A stretch of DNA of 64,000 nt from contig CAWGJT010000006.1 in NCBI GenBank assembly GCA_963822965.1, positions 480,001 to 544,000 on the forward strand. Reading direction: 5' to 3'. The translations under genes were made by a program, and so were the position numbers. This DNA is from an uncultured delta proteobacterium. Lineage in GTDB: Bacteria; Myxococcota_A; UBA9160; UBA4427. Every line of letters starts with the position of its first letter. Positions within the stretch are counted from its first letter, which is position 1. Positions 48,800 through 58,871 of the stretch are shown here, one piece after another. Under the pieces are notes generated by a model. That model was not told where the DNA came from, made no database searches, and saw nothing but the letters and a program-made list of their open reading frames with translations.

Positions 48800-49756
48800 A
48801 TGCACAACGCGGAGAGTCCGGCCATGCACCAGCGCGAGCTCGAGCCCTGGCAGCATCACCACGCGTTCGGGACCGACGTGCGACAGGAGGGCGAGCGTCG
48901 CACCTGGTGGGTGGTCGCGATCACGCTGACGATGATGACGGTCGAGATCGTGGCCGGAGTCGCCTACGGCTCGATGGCGCTCCTCGCGGACGGCTGGCAC
49001 ATGGGGACCCACGCAGCCGCCATCGGTGTGGCCGCCTTCGCCTACCGGTATGCGCGTCGCCACGCCGACGATCCGCAGTACAGCTTCGGTACCGGAAAGG
49101 TCGGGGCCCTCGCGGGCTTCGCCAGCGCCACCGGCCTGGCGGTCGTCGCGTTGCTGATCTTCGGCGAGAGCGCCGAGCGTCTGACGGCCCCGGTGACGAT
49201 CCGGTTCGACGAGGCGATCGCGGTCGCGTGCCTGGGCCTCGCGGTCAACGTCGCCTGCGCCCTGCTCCTGCGCGAGAGCCACGGCCACGCCGCCCCCGGC
49301 GAGCACCACCATCACGACCACAACCTGCGGGGCGCGTACCTCCACGTCCTCGCCGACGCCCTCACCTCGGTGCTGGCGATCGCCGCGCTCGGCACCGGCA
49401 AGCTCCTGGGGTGGACCTGGATGGACCCGATCATGGGCCTCGTCGGCTCGATGGTGATCGCACGCTGGTCGTACGGCCTGCTGCGAGACACGAGCCGCGT
49501 GCTGCTGGACGCCGAGCTTCCCGAAGCCAGGCGCGTGGCGATCCGGGAGGCGATCGAGTCCGACGCGGATACGCGCGTCGCCGATCTCCATGTCTGGCGC
49601 GTCGGACCGCGGCATCTCGCGGCGATCCTCTCGGTCGTCGCGCACGCCCCGCGCGAGCCCGACCACTACAAGCGCCTGCTGGCACGGCAACCCGATCTCG
49701 TCCACGTGACCGTCGAGGTCCACCGCTGCCCGGACGAGGCCATCGTCGCGGCTTGA
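48800..49756 (+). CDS. dmeF: CDF-family Co/Ni efflux transporter (DmeF-like)
   Basis: WQHHHAF, GSMALLADGWHMGTH, FGTGKV, His-loop HHHHDHNLRGAYLHVLAD, DLHVW. Confidence 0.9.
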   Translation: MHNAESPAMHQRELEPWQHHHAFGTDVRQEGERRTWWVVAITLTMMTVEIVAGVAYGSMALLADGWHMGTHAAAIGVAAFAYRYARRHADDPQYSFGTGKVGALAGFASATGLAVVALLIFGESAERLTAPVTIRFDEAIAVACLGLAVNVACALLLRESHGHAAPGEHHHHDHNLRGAYLHVLADALTSVLAIAALGTGKLLGWTWMDPIMGLVGSMVIARWSYGLLRDTSRVLLDAELPEARRVAIREAIESDADTRVADLHVWRVGPRHLAAILSVVAHAPREPDHYKRLLARQPDLVHVTVEVHRCPDEAIVAA

Positions 49757-49765
49757 CCTTGCGGG

Positions 49766-50107
49766 TCAGGTCGGGGTGTCCGAGCCCCGGTCGCCCGTGT
49801 GCTGACCGAACAGGCCTTCGTACTTCGTCACCGTGATGTCGCCCAGCACGCTGCACTGGCACGCCAGGCGCAGCCCGTTCTCCGGGCTGTGGGGCGGCAG
49901 GCGCAGGCGCCGCACCTCCGCGGCCGTGGGCGGCGAGACGGGCCCCTCGATCCGCACCGCGCAGGTGCCGCAGCTGCCGCGTCCGCGGCAGTGGAGCGCC
50001 CGCGCCACGGTCGTGTAGAGCGGCAGCCGCGCCCGCAGCAGCACCATGCGCAGATTGGCGCCGGCGGGACAGGGAATCTCGCGGTCGCAGAAACGGACGG
50101 TGGGCAT
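49766..50107 (-). CDS. 2Fe-2S ferredoxin
   Basis: CRGRGSCGTC...RLACQ. Confidence 0.9.
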   Translation of the reverse strand: MPTVRFCDREIPCPAGANLRMVLLRARLPLYTTVARALHCRGRGSCGTCAVRIEGPVSPPTAAEVRRLRLPPHSPENGLRLACQCSVLGDITVTKYEGLFGQHTGDRGSDTPT

Positions 50108-50138
50108 GGCGCCGGAAGATAGCGCCGGCCGGCCGGTC

Positions 50139-51425
50139 TCAGGAGCGCCGCCGGCGCGCCCGGGGCTCGACGAGCCCGAACGTCAGCACGCCGCCCGCGA
50201 GCATCAGCGCCGCCTGCAGCAGCAGTCCCAGCTCGAAGCTGGTGACGTCGATCAGCAGGCCGAAGAACGGCGAGGCCAGGAAGGAGGCCGCGGTGCAGAG
50301 CTGCGAGAGGCTCAGGTAGCGGGCCGTCTCGTCCGGCGGGCTGATCTCGAGCAGGTAGTTGGTGATGACCCGGAAGCCGATGGGGATCAGCCCGATTCCG
50401 ACGAAGACCAGGGGAAAGAGGCGCCTTGCGTGCTCTGCGTCCAGTCCCGTGAGCCCCACCACGAAGACGGGGATCGCGGCGCCCGCGAAGATCAGCAGGC
50501 GCAGCGCCAGCCGATTGCCGAAGCGATCGGCGAGCGGGCCCACCCACAGGCTCGCGAACCCCATCGAGACGTTCTGCACCACCACCCAGACCATCATGTG
50601 TCCGCCCGCCAAGCCGAGCCGTTCGCGCGCCAGGGCCTGGTAGTGCGGAAATATCATGATCGACGAGCTGAAGAGCGCCGCCACCACCACGGCGCGGCGG
50701 TAGTTGCGGTCGTCGCGCAGGATCTCCCAGGCGCCCTGCGCCTGCTGCCGGAAGCCCCGGCGCACGGGGACGTGATCGTCCCGCTCTTCGCGGAGGGCCA
50801 CCGCGACCGCCGCCGCCAGCGCGAAGCACACCCCGGTGAAGAGGAAGATGCGATCGTAGGCGGGCTGCGCACCGGCGAGCCAGCCCGGCAGCAGCCACCA
50901 CGCGAACGTCACCGCGGGCACCATGCTTCCGAACACCGCGACCGAGATCAGGCGGCCCCGACGCTCCGCCCGGATCAGCTTGCCCTGCAGCGTGCCGAGA
51001 GCCACCTGGTAGAGGCCCGAGAAGCCGAAGAAGACGAGGTAGAGCGCCAGGAATGCGACGGGCAGCCAGGGCCCCGCGGTGCTCCAACGAAAGAGCCAGC
51101 CCGCCAGCAGCAGGAACGGGACCGCCATGGCGAGGCTTCCCAGGGCGAGCGCGCGCTTCTTGCGTGGCATGGCCTGGAGCGGCGCCGACAACAGGAACGC
51201 GGGAACGCTTTGGCCGATGCGGCTCAGCACCGGGAGCATGCCGCGCATCCAGCCCGGTCCGGCGATGCTGTCCAGGAAGGCGGGGATGATCACGCTCTCG
51301 GTCTTGAAGATCCAGCCGATGCGCACCACCACCTGCTGCCCGGCCAGGAGCAGGAAGTTGCGGGTCTCGGCCGCATCGGCGCCGGCTCGAGACGGCGGTC
51401 CCGCGGGCTCGGGCTCGGCAGACAT
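50139..51425 (-). CDS. MFS transporter
   Basis: About 12 TM helices, GPLADRFGNR motif. Confidence 0.85.
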   Translation of the reverse strand: MSAEPEPAGPPSRAGADAAETRNFLLLAGQQVVVRIGWIFKTESVIIPAFLDSIAGPGWMRGMLPVLSRIGQSVPAFLLSAPLQAMPRKKRALALGSLAMAVPFLLLAGWLFRWSTAGPWLPVAFLALYLVFFGFSGLYQVALGTLQGKLIRAERRGRLISVAVFGSMVPAVTFAWWLLPGWLAGAQPAYDRIFLFTGVCFALAAAVAVALREERDDHVPVRRGFRQQAQGAWEILRDDRNYRRAVVVAALFSSSIMIFPHYQALARERLGLAGGHMMVWVVVQNVSMGFASLWVGPLADRFGNRLALRLLIFAGAAIPVFVVGLTGLDAEHARRLFPLVFVGIGLIPIGFRVITNYLLEISPPDETARYLSLSQLCTAASFLASPFFGLLIDVTSFELGLLLQAALMLAGGVLTFGLVEPRARRRRS

Positions 51426-51435
51426 GGCGCGAGCT

Positions 51436-51598
51436 TAGAGCCCATCTCATAAACCCGCTCGGTCGCCAGGCGGCGTCTTCGCCCCGATCTCATCGTTGCG
51501 AAACCTCGCCGTAGCGATACTACGCCTTCGCTTTCGCGCCTCGATCTCGGGCCGAACTCGCTCGCCTGGCTCGGTCGGGGTTTGTGAGATGGGCTCTA
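51436..51598. repeat. Nested-palindromic dispersed repeat, copy 3 (reverse orientation)
   Basis: Terminal IR TAGAGCCCATCTCA/TGAGATGGGCTCTA; minus-strand core GGCGTAG-TATCG-CTACGGCGA...CGCAACG. Confidence 0.75.
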
Positions 51599-51732
51599 GG
51601 CGCTCCGCCCGGTTTCCGACATCGGCGGACGCAGGGCGCACCTCCGTCTCGTCTTCGGCTGGAAGATTCGCGCCGCCACGGAACGGACACCGCGCTCCTC
51701 AACCCGCGCGAGAGCCTGCCGATCAGAGGATC

Positions 51733-52386
51733 ATGTCGTCCAAGCCGTGCATCAAGGGCTCCAGCATCTCCAGCCTGGTCGAGGACCTCGCCAAGCTCCG
51801 GGACGCCGGCAGCATCTCCGAGGTCCTGCTCGAGCAGCACCTCACCGCCGACGACCGGGCCCTGCTCGATCGCGGCGCCAACCTCGCTGGCTGGTACGAC
51901 GTGCACAGCTATCGCCGCCTGGCCGAGCTGCTCTGCGAGGTGGAGGGCCGCCGGGACGATCTGCTCCGCGAGCGGGGTGCGGCGGCCGCCAGGCGCCTCG
52001 CCGCCGCCGGCATCTACCAGCAGATGGAGTCCGTCACCCGCCTCAAGGACGTGCAGCAGCTCGACGCCGACGCCCGCTTCCAGGCCTACGGACGCACCCT
52101 GCGACTCGTCGCCACCCTGAGCGGCAGCATCCTGAACTTCGGCACCTGGGTGGTGAAGCCCGATCCGGATCACCCGGACGACCGCTACTGCATCGAGATC
52201 CAGGGCGGCGACGCGATGCCCGACGTGCTCGCGATCACCACCGAGGGCTTCGTCAACGCCATGGCCGAGCTCGGCACCTCGGGGGCCACCGGACGCTCCG
52301 ACACCTGGAAGCTCGAGCGCCGCCAGGGCATGCTCCTCTTCCGGATGACCCGCTCACCCTTCCGAAGGTCCCCCGACTCGAAGTAG
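51733..52386 (+). CDS. Hypothetical protein
   Basis: Host-like codon usage, RBS GAGG; IKG and GWY motifs reminiscent of DUF2378-like proteins (tentative). Confidence 0.65.
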   Translation: MSSKPCIKGSSISSLVEDLAKLRDAGSISEVLLEQHLTADDRALLDRGANLAGWYDVHSYRRLAELLCEVEGRRDDLLRERGAAAARRLAAAGIYQQMESVTRLKDVQQLDADARFQAYGRTLRLVATLSGSILNFGTWVVKPDPDHPDDRYCIEIQGGDAMPDVLAITTEGFVNAMAELGTSGATGRSDTWKLERRQGMLLFRMTRSPFRRSPDSK

Positions 52387-52410
52387 GAAGCTCGCGACGC
52401 GGAAAGGACG

Positions 52411-53844
52411 CTATTCGAGGCGTCCCCGCCGACGCTCGAGCTCCAGCACGATGCGAGCGTGCGCGGCCTCGTCCAGGTCGAAGCGCGAGAAGAGGACGAT
52501 CGCGCCCACGTAGCACACGGCGGGCAGCAGGCCGATCAGCGCGAGCATGGCGGTCTGGGTGGCCTCGGTCTGGGTCGGCGAGGTGCCGTCGTATCCCACG
52601 GCCTGGAGGACGAATCCGGTGGTCATGGCGGTGACGCCGCCGGCCGCCTTGCGCAGGAAGTTCCAGACGGCGCCGTAGACGCCCTCCTTGCGCTCGCCCG
52701 TGCGCAGCTCGTCGTAGTCGATCACGTCGGCCTGCACCGAGGGCGCCACCACGTTCCCGCAGCCGCTGCCGATCCCCAGCAGGAAGACGACGACGAAGAC
52801 GATCACGTACGAATCCCGGCCGACGAAGAAGATGCCCGCGTAGGCGAGCATCGTCGCCGTCATGCCGAAGAGCCAGAGCTTCTTCTTCCCGACGCGTCGC
52901 GACGCCCACACCCACACCGGCGTGAAGGCCAGCGCGGGCGCCACGTACATCAGGATGAACACCTCGGTGAGATTCGGCGCGTTCACCACGTACTTCATCA
53001 CGTACGGGGCGAGCATGCCGATGCTCGCGGTGCCGAAGGTCTCGATGGCGTAGACGAAGACCAGCAGGCGGCCGTGGGGATTGCGGAAGACGTCGCCGAA
53101 GGCGGCGCGGATGTCCACCGAGCCGCGCCCCTGGAACTCGGCCCGCTCGGGCACGCGAATCGCCGCGTAGAAGATCATCCCGGCGACCAGCAGACCACCG
53201 CCCAGGGACACCGCGAGGGCCATGGACCGGGGGTCCTGCGCGGTGCGCACCAGCCACACGGCGCCGAGGCCCACCCCGAGCCCCAGGGAGCTGATGATGT
53301 GGCGATAGGCGAAGAGCCGCGTGCGCTCGTGGTAGTCGGGGGTCAGCTCCATGCCCAGGGCGCCGTGGGGCACGTAGAAGGCCGTCGCGGCCGTCTCGTA
53401 GAGCAGGTACGCGAAGCCCATCCAGACGACCAGGGTCGCCTCGGTGATGAACGTCGGCGGCGACCAGAGCATCACCATCGAGGCGCAAACCGGCAGCGCC
53501 GAGGCGTACATCCAGGCCCGGCGCCGGCCCCGGCGCGCCGTCGAGCGATCGGACCAGTAGCCCGCAAGCGGGTCCGAGACGGCGTCCCACACGCGTCCGA
53601 TGCCGAAGATCACCCCCATCGCGGCCGGTGCGATCAGCAGCACGTCGGTGCTGTAGATCATCAGGTAGACGGTGAAGAGGATGCCCATGCCGTTCATGCC
53701 GAAGAGCGGCAGGCAGTAGGCCCACAGGACGCGCTGGGGCAGCCGGCGGGCTCCCTCGGCGGGCGGCGTTTCGGGAGCGGCGCCCGGAGGCCCGCTGCCC
53801 CGCGAGGAGACGGTGTCGGTCACGGCACTGGCATGCTCCCACAT
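52411..53844 (-). CDS. MFS transporter, glycoside-pentoside-hexuronide (MelB-like) family
   Basis: WDAVSDPLAG.WSDR, GRRR.W, ELTPDYHERT, ADVIDYDE..TGERKEG. Confidence 0.92.
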   Translation of the reverse strand: MWEHASAVTDTVSSRGSGPPGAAPETPPAEGARRLPQRVLWAYCLPLFGMNGMGILFTVYLMIYSTDVLLIAPAAMGVIFGIGRVWDAVSDPLAGYWSDRSTARRGRRRAWMYASALPVCASMVMLWSPPTFITEATLVVWMGFAYLLYETAATAFYVPHGALGMELTPDYHERTRLFAYRHIISSLGLGVGLGAVWLVRTAQDPRSMALAVSLGGGLLVAGMIFYAAIRVPERAEFQGRGSVDIRAAFGDVFRNPHGRLLVFVYAIETFGTASIGMLAPYVMKYVVNAPNLTEVFILMYVAPALAFTPVWVWASRRVGKKKLWLFGMTATMLAYAGIFFVGRDSYVIVFVVVFLLGIGSGCGNVVAPSVQADVIDYDELRTGERKEGVYGAVWNFLRKAAGGVTAMTTGFVLQAVGYDGTSPTQTEATQTAMLALIGLLPAVCYVGAIVLFSRFDLDEAAHARIVLELERRRGRLE

Positions 53845-53875
53845 CCGGCGCAGACCCGACAGCGCCGCAGGGGAC

Positions 53876-54607
53876 TCATCCCTCGGCGACGTAGCGACGC
53901 AGCCACTCGACGCAGCGACGCCACGCGTCCGCGGCGGCCTCGGGTCGGTGGCTCGGACGCGAGGCGTTGAGGAAGGCGTGACCCGCTCCGTCGTAGCTCA
54001 CGAGCTCATGGGTCACGCCGAGCCGGGTGAGCTCGGCGTCGAGCCGCGCGACGTCCTCGGGACTCGGGTTCGTGTCCTCTCGCCCGAACAGACCCAGCAC
54101 GGGACAGGCGATGCGATCGCCGCGATCGAAGGGCGACTCCGCGGCTTCGCCCGCGTCCGCCCAGGCCGTCCCGATGCTGCCGCCGTAGAAGACCACGGCG
54201 GCCCGCAGGGCCGGGTCGTGGGTCGCCATCAGCCAGGCGATCCGCCCCCCCATGCAGAAGCCGATGACCCCCGTGCGTCGGGGATCCACCGCGGGTTGGC
54301 CACGCAGCCAGGCGGCGGTCGCCGCGAGGTCGCGCACGACCTCGCGATCGCGCAGCAGGGCCATCCGTTCCAGGGGACCCCGCGAAGCCGCCTCGGGACC
54401 CGACGGCTGCCGGTGGTAGAGGTCCGGCGCCACGGCCGCGAAGCCGCCGTCACCCAGACGATCCAGGATGTCGAGGATGAAGCCGTCCACGCCTGGCGCG
54501 TGCATGCACACGATGACCCCCGGCGTCGTCCCGGACGCGACGTCCGGAAGGATCACGTGCGCCGGCATCGGGGCGCCGTCCACGGGGATCTCGACTTCGA
54601 TGGCCAC
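53876..54607 (-). CDS. Dienelactone hydrolase
   Basis: APDLY, GFCMGG nucleophile elbow, AGHAF. Confidence 0.92.
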   Translation of the reverse strand: MAIEVEIPVDGAPMPAHVILPDVASGTTPGVIVCMHAPGVDGFILDILDRLGDGGFAAVAPDLYHRQPSGPEAASRGPLERMALLRDREVVRDLAATAAWLRGQPAVDPRRTGVIGFCMGGRIAWLMATHDPALRAAVVFYGGSIGTAWADAGEAAESPFDRGDRIACPVLGLFGREDTNPSPEDVARLDAELTRLGVTHELVSYDGAGHAFLNASRPSHRPEAAADAWRRCVEWLRRYVAEG

Positions 54608-54609
54608 GA

Positions 54610-55791
54610 TCAGCCCTCTTGCCCGGGCGCGCCGGTCTCCCCGGCTCGCGCTCCTGCCAGGCCCGGGCGCTCGGGTGCGAAGTGCTCCGCGCGCACGCCG
54701 GCGGCGAGGAGATCGTCGGGCAGGCGGCCGTCGCCGATCAGACCCGCTGCGGCGCGCGCAGCCCCGGACGAGGTCATGATGCCGAAGCCCCCCTGTCCCA
54801 CCAGCCAGAAGAAGCCCTCTCGCTCGGCGTCCATTCCGATCACCGGCAGGCGATCGGCCACGAAGCTGCGCAGGCCCGCCCAGCGCCGGCGAATGTGCCG
54901 GAGCTCCAGGGTCGTGGCGCGCCGCACGCGCTCGGCGGCGAGGGCCACCGCGAGATCGTCGGGCTCGGCGTCGCAGGGCTCGCTGGGCGTCTCGTCGCAC
55001 GGGGAGGCCAGCAGCTGGACGCCTTCGGGCTTCAGGTAGAAGTCGTCGTCCGCGTCGAGCAGGCACGGCCACCCGCGCACGTCGACCCCCTCCGGCGGGT
55101 CGAAGGTGAGGGCCGTGCGTCGCAGCGGTCGCAGCCCCACTGGACGCGCGCCCGCCAGACGACCCACCGCCTCTCCCCAGGCCCCCGCCGCGTTCACCAC
55201 GACCGCCGCCGTGTGCCGCGAATCGCCGCAGCGCACCTCCCAGGCGCCGCCACGACGAGCCACGGACGTCACCTCGGCGCCGGTCCACAGCTCGCCGCCG
55301 CGGGCCCGGAAGCCGCGCAGGAAGCCGGCGAGCAGGACCGCCACGTCGATGCTGCAGGAATCGGGCTCGAGGATCGCCGCGGCCGCGTAGCCCTCGCGCA
55401 GGACCGGACACAGCCCACGGGCTTCCTCGCCGGAGAGCTCCTGCAGGCGGATGCCCGCCTGCGCGGCGAGCTTCGCGGCGTCGGCCAGGCGCTGGCGCTG
55501 GTCCGCTCTCGCCACCGTGAGGCTCGGTCGCGGCCGCAGGATCGCGACCGCCGAGAAGCCCTCGGGCGGATCGGCGAGGAAGGCTCGACTCGCGCGGGTG
55601 AGCCGCTGCACGGCGGGTCTGCCGTAGCTCTCCACCAGGAACGCCGCCGAGCGGCCGGTGGTGTGCTGCCCCGCCATCCGCTCCCGCTCGAGCAGCACGA
55701 CGCTTCCCCGCGACTGCAGCTCGTAGGCCGCCGACGCGCCCGCGATGCCGGCGCCGATCACCACGAAGTCCGAGCTCGTGCTGCGACTCAT
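54610..55791 (-). CDS. FAD-dependent oxidoreductase (DAO family)
   Basis: VIGAGIAG, TGRSAA, VNAAGAW, WAGLR, GQGGFGI. Confidence 0.92.
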   Translation of the reverse strand: MSRSTSSDFVVIGAGIAGASAAYELQSRGSVVLLERERMAGQHTTGRSAAFLVESYGRPAVQRLTRASRAFLADPPEGFSAVAILRPRPSLTVARADQRQRLADAAKLAAQAGIRLQELSGEEARGLCPVLREGYAAAAILEPDSCSIDVAVLLAGFLRGFRARGGELWTGAEVTSVARRGGAWEVRCGDSRHTAAVVVNAAGAWGEAVGRLAGARPVGLRPLRRTALTFDPPEGVDVRGWPCLLDADDDFYLKPEGVQLLASPCDETPSEPCDAEPDDLAVALAAERVRRATTLELRHIRRRWAGLRSFVADRLPVIGMDAEREGFFWLVGQGGFGIMTSSGAARAAAGLIGDGRLPDDLLAAGVRAEHFAPERPGLAGARAGETGAPGQEG

Positions 55792-55801
55792 TTCCCGCCG
55801 C

Positions 55802-56446
55802 TCATTGGAAGCGGACACGCAGCCCGCCCATCCCCGTGAAGCCGCCGACCTGGTCCGTCTGGTAGTTGCCGCCCTTCCGCTTCCACACGTCGGAGGCGTT
55901 GCCGATGCGCGCCTCGCCGAACGCCTGCAGCCACGGGACGAAGGGCACGGGCACCTCGACGCCCGCCAGCCCCAGCAGGGTGAGCCCCCCGCTCACGTCG
56001 CTGCGCACCTTGTCGCCCGGAATGCCGCTGGCGTGGTCGTCGTCCACGTCGTGGATCAGGAAGCCCACGCCGACGCCCACGTAGGGCGAGACGATCGCCT
56101 TCGGAAACGGGTGGTACTGGAACTGGAAGCGCAGCGCGAAGGTGTCGTAGTCGGGACGGAAGTCCTGCTTGAGGTCGGCTTCGAAGCGCCGGTACTCGAA
56201 CTCTCCGCCGACCCAGAAGCGATCCGAGCCGAAGCCCCGGTGGAACATGCCGGAGACGTCGTATCCGCGGCTGCCGTCCCAGGGAAGGAAGACACCGCTG
56301 CCGACGCTCACGTGGTAGGGACGGACCGAGCCGTGGCGGGGCTTCTCGGGAGCCGCCGGCGCCCCCTCCTCGGCCGCCGCGACCGAAAGCGCCGCGCCTT
56401 GCAGAGCCGACGTGCTCGCGACGAGAACGAGGAGCGCACGGCGCAT
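55802..56446 (-). CDS. Outer-membrane beta-barrel protein
   Basis: Signal peptide, amphipathic strands, SPYVGVGVG, C-terminal GLRVRF; start codon uncertain. Confidence 0.7.
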   Translation of the reverse strand: MRRALLVLVASTSALQGAALSVAAAEEGAPAAPEKPRHGSVRPYHVSVGSGVFLPWDGSRGYDVSGMFHRGFGSDRFWVGGEFEYRRFEADLKQDFRPDYDTFALRFQFQYHPFPKAIVSPYVGVGVGFLIHDVDDDHASGIPGDKVRSDVSGGLTLLGLAGVEVPVPFVPWLQAFGEARIGNASDVWKRKGGNYQTDQVGGFTGMGGLRVRFQ

Positions 56447-56622
56447 ACGCCTGGAGAATGGCCCTCGCCCGACACCGCTCCCCGAGTCGCCCTCGATCCT
56501 CGCGTCGACCATCCTGCAGCCTCCCGCGGCTCCCGGCGCGCGAACGCCCGAAGCCAATGCCGCGCCCCGTGAATGCCGCGCCATGATACGCGAGGGGTGA
56601 CCCGGCCGCGCGCCGAACGCTC

Positions 56623-57567
56623 TCACGCGCGACGCACGCGAGACACCACCTGCGCCAGCAGGCCGGGATCGACGTTGCCGCCCGAGAGCACCACGCCGCA
56701 GCGGCCCCGTCCCTCGCGCAACGCCAGGGCCAGCGCGGCCGCACCCGAGGGCTCGAGCACCAGGCGCAGCTCGGAAAGCGCCCACGCCATGGCGTCCAGC
56801 ATCTCCTCGTCCTCGACCAGCTCGATGCGCGAGACGTGCTTCGCGAGCACGGGCCAGGTGAGCTCCCCGGGCGTTCGAACCCGCAAGCCGTCCGCGATGG
56901 TGCGCGGCGGGGGCACGCTCACGCGTTCGCCCGCGGCGAGGCTCCGCCGCGTGTCGTCGGCGTCCACGGGCTCGACGCCGATGATCTCGGCGTGGGGCGA
57001 CAGGGCCTTCACGGCAACCGCACAGCCCGCCATCAGGCCGCCGCCGCTCACCGGCGCGTAGAAGCGATCGAGCTCGCCCGCGTCCTCGACGAGCTCGAGG
57101 CCGCAGGTCCCCTGCCCGGCCGCCACCCACGGATCGTCGAAGGGCGGCACCGCCACCAGCTCGCGCTCCCGCGCCAGCTCCCGCGCGCGCTGGGCGCGCT
57201 CGTCGCTGTCCGGTCCCACCTCGATCACCTCGGCGCCGTCGGCCAGGGCGCGCGCCCGCTTCGCCGGCGGCGCGTCGTTTGGCATCACGATGACCGCGTG
57301 CATGCCGAGCACGCGGGCCGCCCGGGCGACGGCCTGGGCGTGGTTGCCCGAGGAGTGGGCCACGACGCCGGGGCAATCGCGCGGCAGGCGCAGCATCTTG
57401 GCGAAGGCGCCCCGCAGCTTGAAGGCGCCGGTGGGCTGCAACGACTCGGGCTTGAGCAGGAGGTCGCAGCGCGGGCGCTCCACGCGCAGCAGCGGCGTCC
57501 GCACCACGTAAGGCCGGATGCGTGCCGCCACGTCGCGGATCGTCTCCAGGGAGAGCCGGTCGATCAA
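56623..57567 (-). CDS. PLP-dependent threonine/serine dehydratase (serine racemase-like)
   Basis: ESLQPTGAFKLRG, SSGNHAQ, GQGT, SGGGL, EPSGA, SGGNVD; TTGA overlap with the Topo VI-A stop. Confidence 0.93.
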   Translation of the reverse strand: MIDRLSLETIRDVAARIRPYVVRTPLLRVERPRCDLLLKPESLQPTGAFKLRGAFAKMLRLPRDCPGVVAHSSGNHAQAVARAARVLGMHAVIVMPNDAPPAKRARALADGAEVIEVGPDSDERAQRARELARERELVAVPPFDDPWVAAGQGTCGLELVEDAGELDRFYAPVSGGGLMAGCAVAVKALSPHAEIIGVEPVDADDTRRSLAAGERVSVPPPRTIADGLRVRTPGELTWPVLAKHVSRIELVEDEEMLDAMAWALSELRLVLEPSGAAALALALREGRGRCGVVLSGGNVDPGLLAQVVSRVRRA

Positions 57568-58871
57568 GGCAGGAAGGCTCCCACGTTGCGGAGCTTCGCG
57601 GGCAGGTACTCCTCGATCACGTAGTTCAGCCCCCACATCGCCAGGGACTGCTGCTCCGCGCGGACACCCATCTGCAGGAGCTGCTCGATCGCCTTCCGCC
57701 ACGGCTTGCTGGCCTGGAAGAAGGGGTCGTTCTTGAGGGCGTCCCGGGCGCGCTTGACGTCGACCTCCTGGAGCGGGTGGGTCGGCAGCTGGTAGTCGAT
57801 GATGTCCTGGGGTGTGACGCCGAGATAGCGCGCCTTCGGGACGCAGAAGAACTGGGAGAGATGGGCGGCGTTCCCCGAGCCCACCTTGAGGGTGCGGTAG
57901 ATGTTCGAGATGCCGTAGGGATCGCAGTCCACGAAGGCATAGACCGGAATGGCGCAGTCGTCGGAGAGCTTGCGGATGAACCGCCGGCACGCGCGCGCCG
58001 GCACGCCGGCCATGTTCACCAGGATGCAGTCGCGCGCCTGCCAGAACTTGTGGCTCTGGAGCCGCTGGAAGACGCCGCCCGTCTCGATCGCCAGGATGAA
58101 CTTCGCCTTCGTCTCGAAGGAAAGGTGCTCGACGCTGGAGGGAATCGAGTACGCGCCCGACCCGAAGCGCGTGCAGTCGATCCGCTCGATGCGTCCGCTG
58201 TCGCGGTCCGGGTCGAGCACGACCAGTCTCCCGGCGACGGCGCCGTTGTAGCCCTCGTCGGGGACGAAGCGCAGCTGCTCCCGCGAGACGCCCCGCAGCG
58301 AGAACATGGCCTCGATGTCGTCCATCACCGTGTCCGACTCGGTCTGGTCGTCGAACTTGGCTTCTTCCCAGTTCTTGCTCTGGTAGTACGCGTCCCGCTT
58401 CGTCGCGAAGTCGTTCGCCTCGACGAGATCCTTCGAGAGGCCCATCATGCGCAGGGTCTGGGCGAAGTTGCGCACCGTGTTGACGGTGAGGGTCCGCTGC
58501 TTCTTGTGCTTGCCGATCTCGAAGTACCCGCGCTTCTCCGAATACGAGACGTTCGAGAGCGATCGCACCGGGAACTCGAGGTCCGGCTTGCGTCCCTTCA
58601 GGATGTCCCGGTAGACGTCGTCCGCTCGGTCGTGGATGAGCCGAAGGGTCAGGTCGTCGGCCTTCTTCGTGGCCCGGGAGCGCTCGCCGGAGAGCCCCGT
58701 GCGGCCGCGCGCCGGCTTGCGCGCGGCCTTCTTCGCACGCGGCCCGCCGGCCGCGCCCCGCCGGACGGACTTCTTCGCCGCGCGGGAGGGCTTCTTCTTC
58801 GCGCTCGCCTGGGCCGGGCGGCGCGCCGGCTTCTTCTTCGCGCTCTTCTTGCGGGTCTTGCGGGCTGCCAC
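57564..58871 (-). CDS. top6A: DNA topoisomerase VI subunit A (Spo11 family) with basic N-terminal tail
   Basis: Catalytic Tyr motif TKRDAYY, FDDQTESD, TOPRIM AIETGG and VDCDPYG.SNI, RAEQQ; GTG start with RBS GGAGAGG. Confidence 0.92.
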   Translation of the reverse strand: MAARKTRKKSAKKKPARRPAQASAKKKPSRAAKKSVRRGAAGGPRAKKAARKPARGRTGLSGERSRATKKADDLTLRLIHDRADDVYRDILKGRKPDLEFPVRSLSNVSYSEKRGYFEIGKHKKQRTLTVNTVRNFAQTLRMMGLSKDLVEANDFATKRDAYYQSKNWEEAKFDDQTESDTVMDDIEAMFSLRGVSREQLRFVPDEGYNGAVAGRLVVLDPDRDSGRIERIDCTRFGSGAYSIPSSVEHLSFETKAKFILAIETGGVFQRLQSHKFWQARDCILVNMAGVPARACRRFIRKLSDDCAIPVYAFVDCDPYGISNIYRTLKVGSGNAAHLSQFFCVPKARYLGVTPQDIIDYQLPTHPLQEVDVKRARDALKNDPFFQASKPWRKAIEQLLQMGVRAEQQSLAMWGLNYVIEEYLPAKLRNVGAFLP

